Source: a virus (lineage: Duplodnaviria; Caudoviricetes). From it: a DNA stretch of 64,000 bases. This document shows, in pieces, positions 1 to 8,619 of the stretch. Each line of letters opens with the position of its first letter. Within the stretch, counting starts at the first letter, position 1. Below the pieces are notes generated by a model. That model saw only the letters and a program-made list of their open reading frames with translations, made no database searches and was not told the DNA's origin. Location: IMG/VR virus record IMGVR_UViG_3300032243_001028, positions 1 to 64,000 of that record; one strand, given 5' to 3'. The position numbers and the translations under genes are program-made.

Positions 1-1
1 A

Positions 2-739
2 AACCATATCGGATACCAAACACGCATGAACAAAGGTTCAACGTACGGAGAACTTGTTGGACATCCGAACCGTGATTGGAACGGCAGCTTCATCGACGTG
101 ATCGCACGAACCGTTGGTTTGAACTTGCCATCGCATGTGCAGACGGCTGCAGCTCTGAGCTACTACTTCCAACGAGGGATGACACACGTTCGACCGAAAC
201 CAGGCGACATTGTCTTCTTCAGCTTTTCCAACGGAGAACCTCAGGGTATGCCTCACGTAGGAATCGTCACTGACGTCGACCATTTTTTAAAGCACGGGAT
301 GTTTCAGGTGATCGAAGCTCAAACTTCCAACGGAACTCCAAAAGGCAGCCAGGCCAACGATGGCGTCTACAGACGAAACCGATATGTTTACGAAGTACTC
401 GCCTTCGCGCGGCCAAACTTCTCACGAACATTTCCGAAGAAGCAGGAAGCTGCAGATCCGGATCCAGGTAAACTTCCAACGAAGCCGTTCGTTAAAAGTT
501 CAGTCATCATCCCAGGACTCAAGCACCCGTACGTAACAACCGTTCAACTTGCACTTGGCGTGGCAGTTGGTTTGCGCGGAGCTAAGCAAGGAGAGTGGGA
601 CCACAAGACGACTGCAGCTTTCGCAAACTTCCAACGAAGAATCGGATACATCGGAAGCAGCGTCAACGGCATTCCAGACTTTCCAAGCCTCGAACGTCTC
701 GCTCTAGAAACCGGAAACTTTTTTACAGTAATTCTATAA
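2..739 (+). CDS. CHAP-like amidase with C-terminal peptidoglycan-binding domain (5' partial; catalytic Cys apparently replaced by Asn)
   Basis: Frame is open from base 2. CHAP-like motifs DW(N)GSF, PKPGDIVFF, PHVGIV, IEAQT; C-terminal VTTVQLAL...GEWDHKTTAAFANFQRRIG PG-binding pattern. Confidence 0.7.
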   Translation, partial: NHIGYQTRMNKGSTYGELVGHPNRDWNGSFIDVIARTVGLNLPSHVQTAAALSYYFQRGMTHVRPKPGDIVFFSFSNGEPQGMPHVGIVTDVDHFLKHGMFQVIEAQTSNGTPKGSQANDGVYRRNRYVYEVLAFARPNFSRTFPKKQEAADPDPGKLPTKPFVKSSVIIPGLKHPYVTTVQLALGVAVGLRGAKQGEWDHKTTAAFANFQRRIGYIGSSVNGIPDFPSLERLALETGNFFTVIL

Positions 740-780
740 ATAAACTTGCATTCTTTTATATAAGGTGATAACTTTCTTAT

Positions 781-999
781 ATGGAAGAAAATTTGAAATG
801 CACTCGGTGCCTAGTATGGAAACCGACGTCCACTATATTCACTGAACTAGGCGAGCTAACTGCTTGCATAGACTGCAAAGATACTTGCAGAGACTGTTCA
901 ACCGAAACCCCAGAAGAAATGCTTGAACACGGATTGTGTATGAGTTGTTGCCAAGATCTGGACGAAGAGGCTGACGAGGAAGGCTACTACGATGACTAA
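781..999 (+). CDS. Small Cys-rich (CxxC) hypothetical protein, probably leaderless
   Basis: ORF track; four CxxC pairs; TTGCAT-17-TAACTT with ATG 6 nt downstream. Confidence 0.6.
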   Translation: MEENLKCTRCLVWKPTSTIFTELGELTACIDCKDTCRDCSTETPEEMLEHGLCMSCCQDLDEEADEEGYYDD

Positions 1000-1264
1000 A
1001 GAATGCTACTCCTGCCCCGAGATTATTACCAACATCGGGGATGCGTCAATGTTTATAAGCGGAAACAAACAGTATTACCAATGTTCTGACTGTATGGACG
1101 GTGCAAACTGTTTCACCTGTGAGGGATGTGGAGACGGACTAGCCAGCGAATGCGTTGATTATGCGCCTAGCGGATACAGAGAGTGGTGGTGCATTAGTTG
1201 CGCCGAAGACCACGAAAGCGTTAGACTTGATTTTGAAAACAATTGGATTTTCAAAGAGGAATAG
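992..1264 (+). CDS. Cys-rich zinc-finger-like hypothetical protein
   Basis: Overlaps upstream stop; several CxxC pairs. Confidence 0.6.
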   Translation: MTKECYSCPEIITNIGDASMFISGNKQYYQCSDCMDGANCFTCEGCGDGLASECVDYAPSGYREWWCISCAEDHESVRLDFENNWIFKEE

Positions 1265-1284
1265 CACAGAACTCAAATAAAATT

Positions 1285-1314
1285 TCCCCGCCTAAACAGC
1301 GGGGATTTTTTTTT
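1285..1314 (+). terminator. Intrinsic terminator
   Basis: CCCCGC-ctaaaca-GCGGGG followed by a T run. Confidence 0.8.
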
Positions 1315-1496
1315 GACAAAAATAAAAAATATAAAATAATTATTAGTTCCCAGGTAAAACTTCCAACGAACCTCATTCGAAGTTTTACACGCACGTGCAG
1401 CTCATCTTCGACAAAACTTCCAACGAAACTCATCAGAAGTCAGCCGATGGCAACAACTCCTCTTGACTTTTTCAATTAAACCGATACGATATACAT

Positions 1497-1691
1497 ATGA
1501 GTACTCCCGACATCATTAGAGAAAGTTCAATGGGGTTCAAGTTTGACTTGACCAAGGACTTCGACTGCTTACATCAATTCAGAAGATATCTCCACAAATC
1601 AAGCCTTGAGTGTACCGATAAGTGCGACGCTGACAACGAGGGTTTTTGTCTAGAAAAAATTTGCACTGTCTGTTTAGACAAAGTAAAGTAA
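1497..1691 (+). CDS. Hypothetical protein, probably leaderless
   Basis: TTGACT(1463)-16-TACGAT, ATG 6 nt later. Confidence 0.55.
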   Translation: MSTPDIIRESSMGFKFDLTKDFDCLHQFRRYLHKSSLECTDKCDADNEGFCLEKICTVCLDKVK

Positions 1692-1695
1692 AGCT

Positions 1696-1929
1696 ATGAC
1701 TGATTTTATAAAAGACCCTGAACGCAACTCCGACCTAGCCGACTGGTTAGAGTATGGAAAGAAACAAGGCTGGATAATTCCACAAGTTGTGTGTAACACA
1801 CACGACGGAACACCTATGACTGCAACCGAACAGAACGAGTTTGACGAGGGCGGAGATCCTTGTATTCACGTAATCCGTATCTTTGAAAGTGAAGAAGAAC
1901 AAAAGCAGTGTCTCTCACACTGGGAGTAG
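1696..1929 (+). CDS. Phage hypothetical protein
   Basis: WLEYG..QGWI..VVCNTHDG.P......FDEGGDPCIHVIR pattern resembles small actinophage proteins. Confidence 0.65.
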   Translation: MTDFIKDPERNSDLADWLEYGKKQGWIIPQVVCNTHDGTPMTATEQNEFDEGGDPCIHVIRIFESEEEQKQCLSHWE

Positions 1930-1987
1930 CCAAATCACCTATTAAGAACGTCCCGTAAAATGGCATTAGACCTGAAACGGAGACCAA

Positions 1988-2233
1988 ATGCACCACATAG
2001 AGCTACACGTTATTAACAACGAGGCTGACGCTGTTCAAGCCGAAGAGCTGGGACTTACCACGTTCGGCGTCTTTGAGGTCTGCGAAAACTGCGACGAGCC
2101 GATCGCCTATACACCTAACGGTTTTTATCCCTGCGTAATCGTTTTATCTACCGACGACAGCGACGAGGATATTGAGTTCTTGCTATGCGACGGTTGCGTT
2201 TCACCTGTTCTTTCGCCCGGCTTTGTGGCTTGA
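1988..2233 (+). CDS. Hypothetical CxxC protein
   Basis: GGAG SD; ORF track. Confidence 0.6.
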   Translation: MHHIELHVINNEADAVQAEELGLTTFGVFEVCENCDEPIAYTPNGFYPCVIVLSTDDSDEDIEFLLCDGCVSPVLSPGFVA

Positions 2234-2264
2234 TTTTCTTTTATATAACCTGTACTATTTAGGT

Positions 2265-2477
2265 ATGGATATAGGAAATAGAAATGAAACACCGTCTAGC
2301 TTGGAGTATCACACACTCGTAGCAAACTTTGGATTTGTAAATGGTAGGTGGTGTTATATACACAAGCGCAAACCTCTTTTTGTAATAGAGATCACTATCG
2401 TTGAGGATCCTAATGATGAAGCGCGTTATAGAACTTGGCTAGACGAGTACTGCCGACCTCTATCGGGAAGTTTCTAA
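2265..2477 (+). CDS. Hypothetical protein, paralog 1 of 3 (F/Y-[IV]-N-G-x-W family), probably leaderless
   Basis: Start reassigned to ATG 2265, 6 nt after TACTAT; contains GFVNGRW. Confidence 0.55.
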   Translation: MDIGNRNETPSSLEYHTLVANFGFVNGRWCYIHKRKPLFVIEITIVEDPNDEARYRTWLDEYCRPLSGSF

Positions 2478-2478
2478 A

Positions 2479-2694
2479 ATGATGCGACCACCCATAAGAA
2501 AAGAAACCGAAATAGAACTGGAATACAAAATCCGTCACGGACAGTATGGATTTATCAATGGTGAGTGGCATAGGATCGTAAGAATTAGGGACAGCTATCC
2601 GGTAGAGATAAAACTTTACATCTCACCTGAAAACGACAAAATGTATAAAGAGGCATTAAAAACTCATAATCCGTTAGCCGAGTGGTGGGGCTGA
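2479..2694 (+). CDS. Hypothetical protein, paralog 2 of 3
   Basis: Contains GFINGEW. Confidence 0.6.
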   Translation: MMRPPIRKETEIELEYKIRHGQYGFINGEWHRIVRIRDSYPVEIKLYISPENDKMYKEALKTHNPLAEWWG

Positions 2695-2924
2695 TGACTA
2701 CAAGACGAGCAAAACTAGACATAGACCTAGACCTACTAAACGGATACATCTATGCTGGACAGCTACAATACATAAATGGTGAGTGGCGTTGGGAAAAAGA
2801 TGGATTTGCTAACGACATAGTTTTTATTGAACCGAAATCGAGAGGGTGGTCATCAGGCGTTTCACTCAAACAATACTTACAAAGTCAAGGCGATCTAATT
2901 CACAACTTGACCTATCTTCCCTAA
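2694..2924 (+). CDS. Hypothetical protein, paralog 3 of 3
   Basis: TGATG translational coupling; contains QYINGEW. Confidence 0.6.
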   Translation: MTTRRAKLDIDLDLLNGYIYAGQLQYINGEWRWEKDGFANDIVFIEPKSRGWSSGVSLKQYLQSQGDLIHNLTYLP

Positions 2925-2963
2925 AAGTTATACAATAAAACCACAACGACGAAAGGACACACA

Positions 2964-3497
2964 ATTCACACTTCACAAATAATTCTTGTTGTAGCAAACA
3001 CTCACGAACAGGCAAGAGGAATAGTAGCCGACAAGTTCAGCGACGGAGAACCAAAGTGGTCTGACTGGAACGAAGTTCGATCTAATACAAGTATTAGTTT
3101 CGCTGGTCGCTGGGAAAACGACAATGTATTTGGAGAGAAAGCCGAGCTTGATACACTCCGGTATTCAGACGATCCTGAAACTGCTGAAAAGGCTATTTCT
3201 ATCTACCTAAAACACAGATACGCAGACATAGACAACTACCGACAAAAGCTCTATTCAGAGGGTAAAGAGGACATCTTGTTTAGCCACAACTACGACCACG
3301 AGGCAGAGTGGTCTGTCCCCGACAGTATGCCTCTTTATTACGCTAAGAAATTATCCGAACTTCTAAGTGGCGAGTGGGTATCTGATAGTGCTATTTACGA
3401 TCTGGAAATGTGGGATACCAACTTGTCGGAGTTCCGTAAGCGTATAGACGCTAACCCTGAAAATCAGTTCTTAGTTTTAGTAGATTTTCATTTCTAA
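2964..3497 (+). CDS. Hypothetical protein (177 aa) with probable ATT start
   Basis: Promoter at 2907 and SD GAAAGGA at 2951-2957; ATT at 2964 opens a stop-free frame (IHTSQIILVVAN...FAGRW...) continuous with ORF 3276..3497. Confidence 0.7.
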   Translation: MHTSQIILVVANTHEQARGIVADKFSDGEPKWSDWNEVRSNTSISFAGRWENDNVFGEKAELDTLRYSDDPETAEKAISIYLKHRYADIDNYRQKLYSEGKEDILFSHNYDHEAEWSVPDSMPLYYAKKLSELLSGEWVSDSAIYDLEMWDTNLSEFRKRIDANPENQFLVLVDFHF

Positions 3498-3584
3498 AAA
3501 ACTTTTATAAAAACTTGACAAACTTCTAACGAAAGACATAAACTTTCTAAGTAAGCCGAAATCAACCCTGAAAGGACACAAAAA

Positions 3585-4112
3585 ATGGCTGAAACAAACA
3601 ACGCAAACATCTCAATAGGTTATGCCCTATACACAGAGTTTCGTAAAGACGGACACACGCTACAAGTTATCTACACGCCTGAAAGTATGTCGGTAGATAA
3701 GAACGACAAAATTACCCCTATTTATGTTCCCTCTACTATTTGGCGTAGGCAAGTATCGGCATACTCACCTCGCAGACCTTGGCGAGCTTACTCGCAAGAG
3801 TGGAAAGTTGTAAATGAAAGAAAAGAAACTAGAACTGCTAATGGTGGTTCTGCCGAAGTCCTAGATACTGAACTAGCAACTAAGTATGCTATTGCTGGTC
3901 TTGTCTTTATGGACAGAACTTTTGCTAGTCTTGTTGATCAAAAGTGGGAACTATACAAAGAACCTATTGTTATTGAGTTCTCACAAGAGGACTTAGAGGA
4001 CACTAGGGACTGGAATACCCCTAATGCTCTTATCCGTAGAATTATGCGTTCTCGTAAAGCTCTCGGATTTCCTGACGAATTATTTGACCCGACCCCTACC
4101 CCTGCTGTATAG
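3585..4112 (+). CDS. Hypothetical protein
   Basis: Own promoter and GAAAGGA SD; 175 aa. Confidence 0.75.
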   Translation: MAETNNANISIGYALYTEFRKDGHTLQVIYTPESMSVDKNDKITPIYVPSTIWRRQVSAYSPRRPWRAYSQEWKVVNERKETRTANGGSAEVLDTELATKYAIAGLVFMDRTFASLVDQKWELYKEPIVIEFSQEDLEDTRDWNTPNALIRRIMRSRKALGFPDELFDPTPTPAV

Positions 4113-4145
4113 TCTTATTACAACCCTGAAAGGACACAAAACAAA

Positions 4146-5183
4146 ATGACTATAACTACAACTGCTACATTATCCGAAACTGAAAAAACAGCACTTGATC
4201 GTATAAACGATTTATCAAAGTTGTCGGCTAAGTTGCCTGAACTACTAATTGCTATCGGTTCGCAAGCTGTAAATGCTGACCAAGCCGAAATCATCAAAAA
4301 CAACCTATCCAAATCTGGTGGTCTTACTATGCGTGGGTCTGCTGAAACAACTAAAAAGAAAGTAAAAGAAAAAGTGGCTGAAACTCTATCTGCTGACGAG
4401 GCACTAGCAAGACCTAATGGCGAGCTTTATTACACTCGTAATTGGGGCGAACACAAAGATACTGCTGTTCTAAAACAACTCCGTTCTATCAACCAATTCG
4501 CACTATTTTATGGAAGTCCGGGAACAGGAAAAACTGCTCTTGTTGAGGCTACTTTTGGTGAGGAACTTCACACAGTTCTAGGTTCTGGCGATACCGAAGT
4601 TTCTGACTTGGTAGGTGGCTATGTCCAAACTCCTAGTGGCTCTTTTGAGTGGATAGACGGGGCATTAGTCAAATCTGCTGAACGAGGTGAGGTCTTGTTC
4701 ATTGACGAGATCGGACTTATTGACCCGAAAGTTCTATCAGTTGTCTATGGTCTAATGGACGGCAGACGAGAACTGCCAATTACTCAAAATCCCGAAAGAG
4801 GCACTATCAAAGCCAAAGACGGATTTTATGTTGTCGGGGCTACTAACCCTAATGCTGTTGGTGTTGTTCTATCAGAGGCGTTGCTCTCACGATTTACAGC
4901 ACAGGTGGAAATCACTACTGACTGGGTTCTTGCTAAGAAGTTGGGTGTCCCTGCCATTATCACAACAGCAAGTCAAAATCTAGCTAAGAAGTTTATGTCT
5001 GGCGAAGTTTCTTGGTGTCCTCAAATGCGAGAACTGCTTGCGTTTAGGGACTTGGAAAAGGTGTTCGGAACTAAGTGGGCTGTTAGCAACCTAATCTCGT
5101 CAGCACCCGAATTGGATAGACCTATCGTTGCCGAAGTTCTGTCTAGGGTTTATGGCGAGGAAGTAAAGACTGCCAAAATCTAG
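4146..5183 (+). CDS. MoxR/CbbQ/NirQ-family AAA+ ATPase
   Basis: Walker A GSPGTGKT, Walker B LFIDE, GATNP sensor, LSEALLSRF arginine finger. Confidence 0.9.
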   Translation: MTITTTATLSETEKTALDRINDLSKLSAKLPELLIAIGSQAVNADQAEIIKNNLSKSGGLTMRGSAETTKKKVKEKVAETLSADEALARPNGELYYTRNWGEHKDTAVLKQLRSINQFALFYGSPGTGKTALVEATFGEELHTVLGSGDTEVSDLVGGYVQTPSGSFEWIDGALVKSAERGEVLFIDEIGLIDPKVLSVVYGLMDGRRELPITQNPERGTIKAKDGFYVVGATNPNAVGVVLSEALLSRFTAQVEITTDWVLAKKLGVPAIITTASQNLAKKFMSGEVSWCPQMRELLAFRDLEKVFGTKWAVSNLISSAPELDRPIVAEVLSRVYGEEVKTAKI

Positions 5184-5208
5184 GTATTGTGTCCCCTAGC
5201 TTTTTGGC

Positions 5209-5242
5209 GAGGGTAGGTAGTTATAGTTGGCTACCTACCCTC
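5209..5242 (+). terminator. Stable hairpin/terminator
   Basis: GAGGGTAGGTAG...CTACCTACCCTC 12-bp stem. Confidence 0.6.
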
Positions 5243-5310
5243 AAATCAAAACTTGACAAAAACAAGATCAACTCTATAAAATCAAGATACGACAACTGAA
5301 AGGAAATCTT

Positions 5311-7155
5311 ATGTCGCACTTCGGAACTAACTCAAATGGTGTAAAGGCTACACCGAAAGAGTGGCTACCTATTGGAAAAACTATTGGCGAACTTGCTAAC
5401 AAGTGGTCTGGTAGAACTGACCTAATCGCTTATGTTGGAACAAAACTAGACGCACCTGTTCCTGCTCTATACAACCCTGTTTCATCAGAGATAGAGGTAA
5501 ATACTGAAATTGCTTTCGGCACTATTCCACCAAGTTTTATTCCTGACTTGGCAGACAAAGATAATCAGTATGAGTTTCCAAAGGCTATCGGTGCTATCTA
5601 CCACGAGGCTTGCCACGCTAAGTTCTCTCGCTGGTCATTGGAACAAAGTTCTAAGGACTTGACCCCTAGACAAAACAAAGCTCTCCACTTGTTAGAGGAA
5701 AGTCGCATTGAGGGATTTGGTGCTAAGGCTATTCCAACTAATCGTTATTTTCTAACTTCTTGTGCCTTAGAGATCGTGTTAGGCGAGTGTGATGTTGATA
5801 CGCTTTCCCTAATGTCTGAAACTAGGGCATTGGCTCACTTGGCAGGATTAGTCTTGGCAAGAATAGATGCCGGTATTCTTTACAGAAGTGATGTTGAGGG
5901 TATTGCTGAAATGCTAGAAACAAAACTAAGCATTGACTTTATTGAGAAGTTGAGAGAACTATGGCTAAAAGCACAAGCTCACGATAATCACCACAACGCT
6001 ACTGAACTTTACCCTCTTGCTATTGAGTGGGACAGACTTGTATCTGAACGAGCCAAAGAAAAGGGCGAGGACGATACTCAGGGTGGTTGCGAGTTCCCTA
6101 GTGGTGAGGGCGAGGGCGAGGGCGAGGGCGAGGGCGAGGGCGAGGGCAAGAGCAAGGGTCGCAGTAAGACCATTGAGGAAATGCTGAAAGAAGTTGAGAA
6201 CGCCAAAGAAAACGCTGAAATGACTGCTAACGACAAATTAGCCGATCAGCAAGAGGGCGAACACTCAAAAGAAAAAGCCAAGAGCAAGAGCAACGCCACA
6301 GAGGAAAAGAACAAGCACAAGGCAGTTGGTCAGCGTGTATTCGGTGAGAAAGAAACTGTTGGTTCTAATGGTTCAGGTTCTCGCTTAGAGGACACTCGCA
6401 AGCCTACTTCTGCCGAAAGAGCAAGTGCTGTTCTAATTGCTAAGTTGTTTATGAAAGCTAAATACAGGAACAGAACTGAAATCAAAATGAACTCGGTTAT
6501 GCCACAGGGCAGGTTGCGTTCTAGGGCTATGGTTCAGCGTGAGGCTCTTAGGTCTAAGGGCATTATGTCGCAGGTAGAAACTTGGCGACACAAAACTCGC
6601 AAGCACACCGAAACACCTAACTTGTCTATCGGGATTATGGTAGATGTTTCAGGTTCTATGGGTTCTGCTATGAAACCTATGGCAAGCACAGCTTGGATTT
6701 TGAGTGAGGCAGGTAGGCGTGTTCAGGCTAAGACCGCTATGGTCTATTTCGGTTCAGGCGTGTTTCCAACCTTGCGTGTAGGACAACACTTGGAAGATGT
6801 AAATGTCTATACAGCACCAGACGGAACTGAAAAGTTTGACTTAGGATTTCAGGCACTAAACGGACAACTTGATTTACTTGGTGGAACAAGTGCGAGGTTG
6901 CTAGTAATCGTTTCTGACGCTTGCTACACCAACGAGGAAATCAAAGCGTGTAAGTCTTGGCTACAAAGATGTAAGCAGTCAGGCGTAGGCGTTCTATGGA
7001 TAACTTACGATCAGGGTGTTTATGCCAACGCTGTTATTGAGGGTTCGGACACACAGCTTGTAAAAGTCAAGGGTGCGATTACCGAAGTTGCTGAAATTGT
7101 TGGTAAGGCAGGGGCAGAGGCTCTTACCAAAGCAGGTATGCGAATAGGGCGATAG
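5311..7155 (+). CDS. vWA (CobT-like) partner protein with N-terminal HExxH region
   Basis: YHEACHA...LEESRIE; (GE)n linker at about 6103-6147; MIDAS DVSGS; C-terminal VIVSD; adjacent to the MoxR AAA gene. Confidence 0.85.
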   Translation: MSHFGTNSNGVKATPKEWLPIGKTIGELANKWSGRTDLIAYVGTKLDAPVPALYNPVSSEIEVNTEIAFGTIPPSFIPDLADKDNQYEFPKAIGAIYHEACHAKFSRWSLEQSSKDLTPRQNKALHLLEESRIEGFGAKAIPTNRYFLTSCALEIVLGECDVDTLSLMSETRALAHLAGLVLARIDAGILYRSDVEGIAEMLETKLSIDFIEKLRELWLKAQAHDNHHNATELYPLAIEWDRLVSERAKEKGEDDTQGGCEFPSGEGEGEGEGEGEGEGKSKGRSKTIEEMLKEVENAKENAEMTANDKLADQQEGEHSKEKAKSKSNATEEKNKHKAVGQRVFGEKETVGSNGSGSRLEDTRKPTSAERASAVLIAKLFMKAKYRNRTEIKMNSVMPQGRLRSRAMVQREALRSKGIMSQVETWRHKTRKHTETPNLSIGIMVDVSGSMGSAMKPMASTAWILSEAGRRVQAKTAMVYFGSGVFPTLRVGQHLEDVNVYTAPDGTEKFDLGFQALNGQLDLLGGTSARLLVIVSDACYTNEEIKACKSWLQRCKQSGVGVLWITYDQGVYANAVIEGSDTQLVKVKGAITEVAEIVGKAGAEALTKAGMRIGR

Positions 7156-7304
7156 CACAATTTTCCGAGCAGGTCAAGTTTTTTATTTCCTTTCTCTTGA
7201 CCTGTTTGGAATACCAAAAAAAAAGATTTGGAAAAATACTTGACAAGCTCTTATTAGAGAAAGTAAAGTTGGAACTACAACCGAGAAATGAAAGGAACTA
7301 CCAA

Positions 7305-7631
7305 ATGTGCGATAACCCGACACACGATCACGATAACGAGGACGAGAGCTTATTGTCTGTTATCCAAAATGAAATCAACGAACCACAAGATGTAGCTGCG
7401 ACTGCTATCCAAATCTTTTGTGCGATTTCATCAGCATTAGTTCAGGCTGAAATGCCTAACCCTGCTATTTACAGAGCATTTGAGCCTATGAAACTTCTAG
7501 CTGAAAAGTTAGGTGATCAGGAACTAAACGACATAGTTATCACTTGCGAAATGGAACACCACGAAGTTATTACAAAAATGATTTCTAAAATGCGACACCC
7601 TGCTAGTAAGAGAAAGAAATGGGGTAAGTAA
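7305..7631 (+). CDS. Hypothetical protein
   Basis: Start reassigned to ATG 7305 after promoter 7240 and GAAAGGA SD. Confidence 0.65.
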   Translation: MCDNPTHDHDNEDESLLSVIQNEINEPQDVAATAIQIFCAISSALVQAEMPNPAIYRAFEPMKLLAEKLGDQELNDIVITCEMEHHEVITKMISKMRHPASKRKKWGK

Positions 7632-8434
7632 TGCCTAACTGGGTCTATAACACGCTAACTGTTTCAGGTAAGCCTGACGAGATAAAAGCCTTTACGGAAA
7701 AAGCTGATAAGTCAAGACCGAGAAGTGATGACGAGGGCAAGACCATTGAGTTAGAGGAAACTGACGGACTTTCTTTCTGGAACTTCATAGCACCACCCGA
7801 GGAAAAATACGATCTCTATTTCGCCATTTCTGACGGAACAGCAGACCAAACTTGGGGCTGGTATGGCTGGAACAGCGAGAACTGGGGAACTAAGTGGGAC
7901 GCTAATGATACGAGTATGTCCCCGTCCCCTGACGAGATAACCGAGGACACTGGGACAGTGATCTACTATTTCTCTACTGCTTGGAGTTATCCTGAACCTG
8001 TTGTTAGAGCTATGGCAGAACAACACCCGACACTACACTTTCACTTGCGTTCCGTTGAGGAACAAGGTTGGGGTGCTGAACTATCCGGAACTGACGGACA
8101 AATCTATACCGATACAACTTGGGACATACCGAGTAGTCATAAAGAGTGGGTTGATACCGACCAGGAGGGAAGTTGTGTTTGTGCCAACAACGACGACGAG
8201 GACGACTGGTATAAGGACTGTCCGAGAGATGATCAAGAGTTTATTGTTGTTATTCAAAAGTCTTACCGAGTAAGAACTAACACAGCAGAGAACGCTTACG
8301 AGCTTGCTATGGAACAGGGAAACGACCCTGACGAGCAAATGGAAGTTCTTGACGAAACGACAGCTTGGGTTCTTGACGATCAGGGAGTTAGACAATACCC
8401 GACCCTGAACAGCGAAGTTCCAAAGCTGGACTAA
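7631..8434 (+). CDS. DUF1281/YubB ferredoxin-like domain protein
   Basis: MPNWVYNTL, WYGW..ENWGTKW and FSTAWSYP signature motifs. Confidence 0.8.
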   Translation: MPNWVYNTLTVSGKPDEIKAFTEKADKSRPRSDDEGKTIELEETDGLSFWNFIAPPEEKYDLYFAISDGTADQTWGWYGWNSENWGTKWDANDTSMSPSPDEITEDTGTVIYYFSTAWSYPEPVVRAMAEQHPTLHFHLRSVEEQGWGAELSGTDGQIYTDTTWDIPSSHKEWVDTDQEGSCVCANNDDEDDWYKDCPRDDQEFIVVIQKSYRVRTNTAENAYELAMEQGNDPDEQMEVLDETTAWVLDDQGVRQYPTLNSEVPKLD

Positions 8435-8443
8435 AATAAACTT

Positions 8444-8550
8444 CGGTGAGTTTATGCTTTCTCTCACCGAGAACGGATAGTTATTTCCCCTCTACTATCC
8501 GTTCAGGGACTAGGTAATTTTTTGGTGGTTCTCTTTCTTACCTAGTCCCT
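8444..8550 (+). ncRNA. Three tandem hairpins with pyrimidine-rich loops (candidate sRNA)
   Basis: Stems CGGTGAG/CTCACCG, AACGGATAGT/ACTATCCGTT and AGGGACTAGGTAA/TTACCTAGTCCCT. Confidence 0.5.
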
Positions 8551-8619
8551 CTCTAAAACTTGACAAAACTTGACACAGGGGTATAGGCTAAACAAACCAC
8601 TAAACGAACAGGAAAAGAA

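Larger units (their letters stand above)
165..1427 (+). repeat. Dispersed direct repeat AAACTTCCAACG(AA)
   Basis: Exact copies at 321, 470, 625, 1357 and 1414; partial copies at 165 and 226; all on the + strand. Confidence 0.8.

Noticed and set aside
1243-1479. ORF 1243..1479 and its antisense partner 1251..1433
   Set aside because: It runs through a terminator and the AAACTTCCAACG repeats; the repeated KLPT peptide simply reflects the DNA motif.
6103-6147. (GGCGAG)n as a phase-variation tract
   Set aside because: The 6-bp unit preserves frame and encodes a Gly-Glu linker common in vWA partners.
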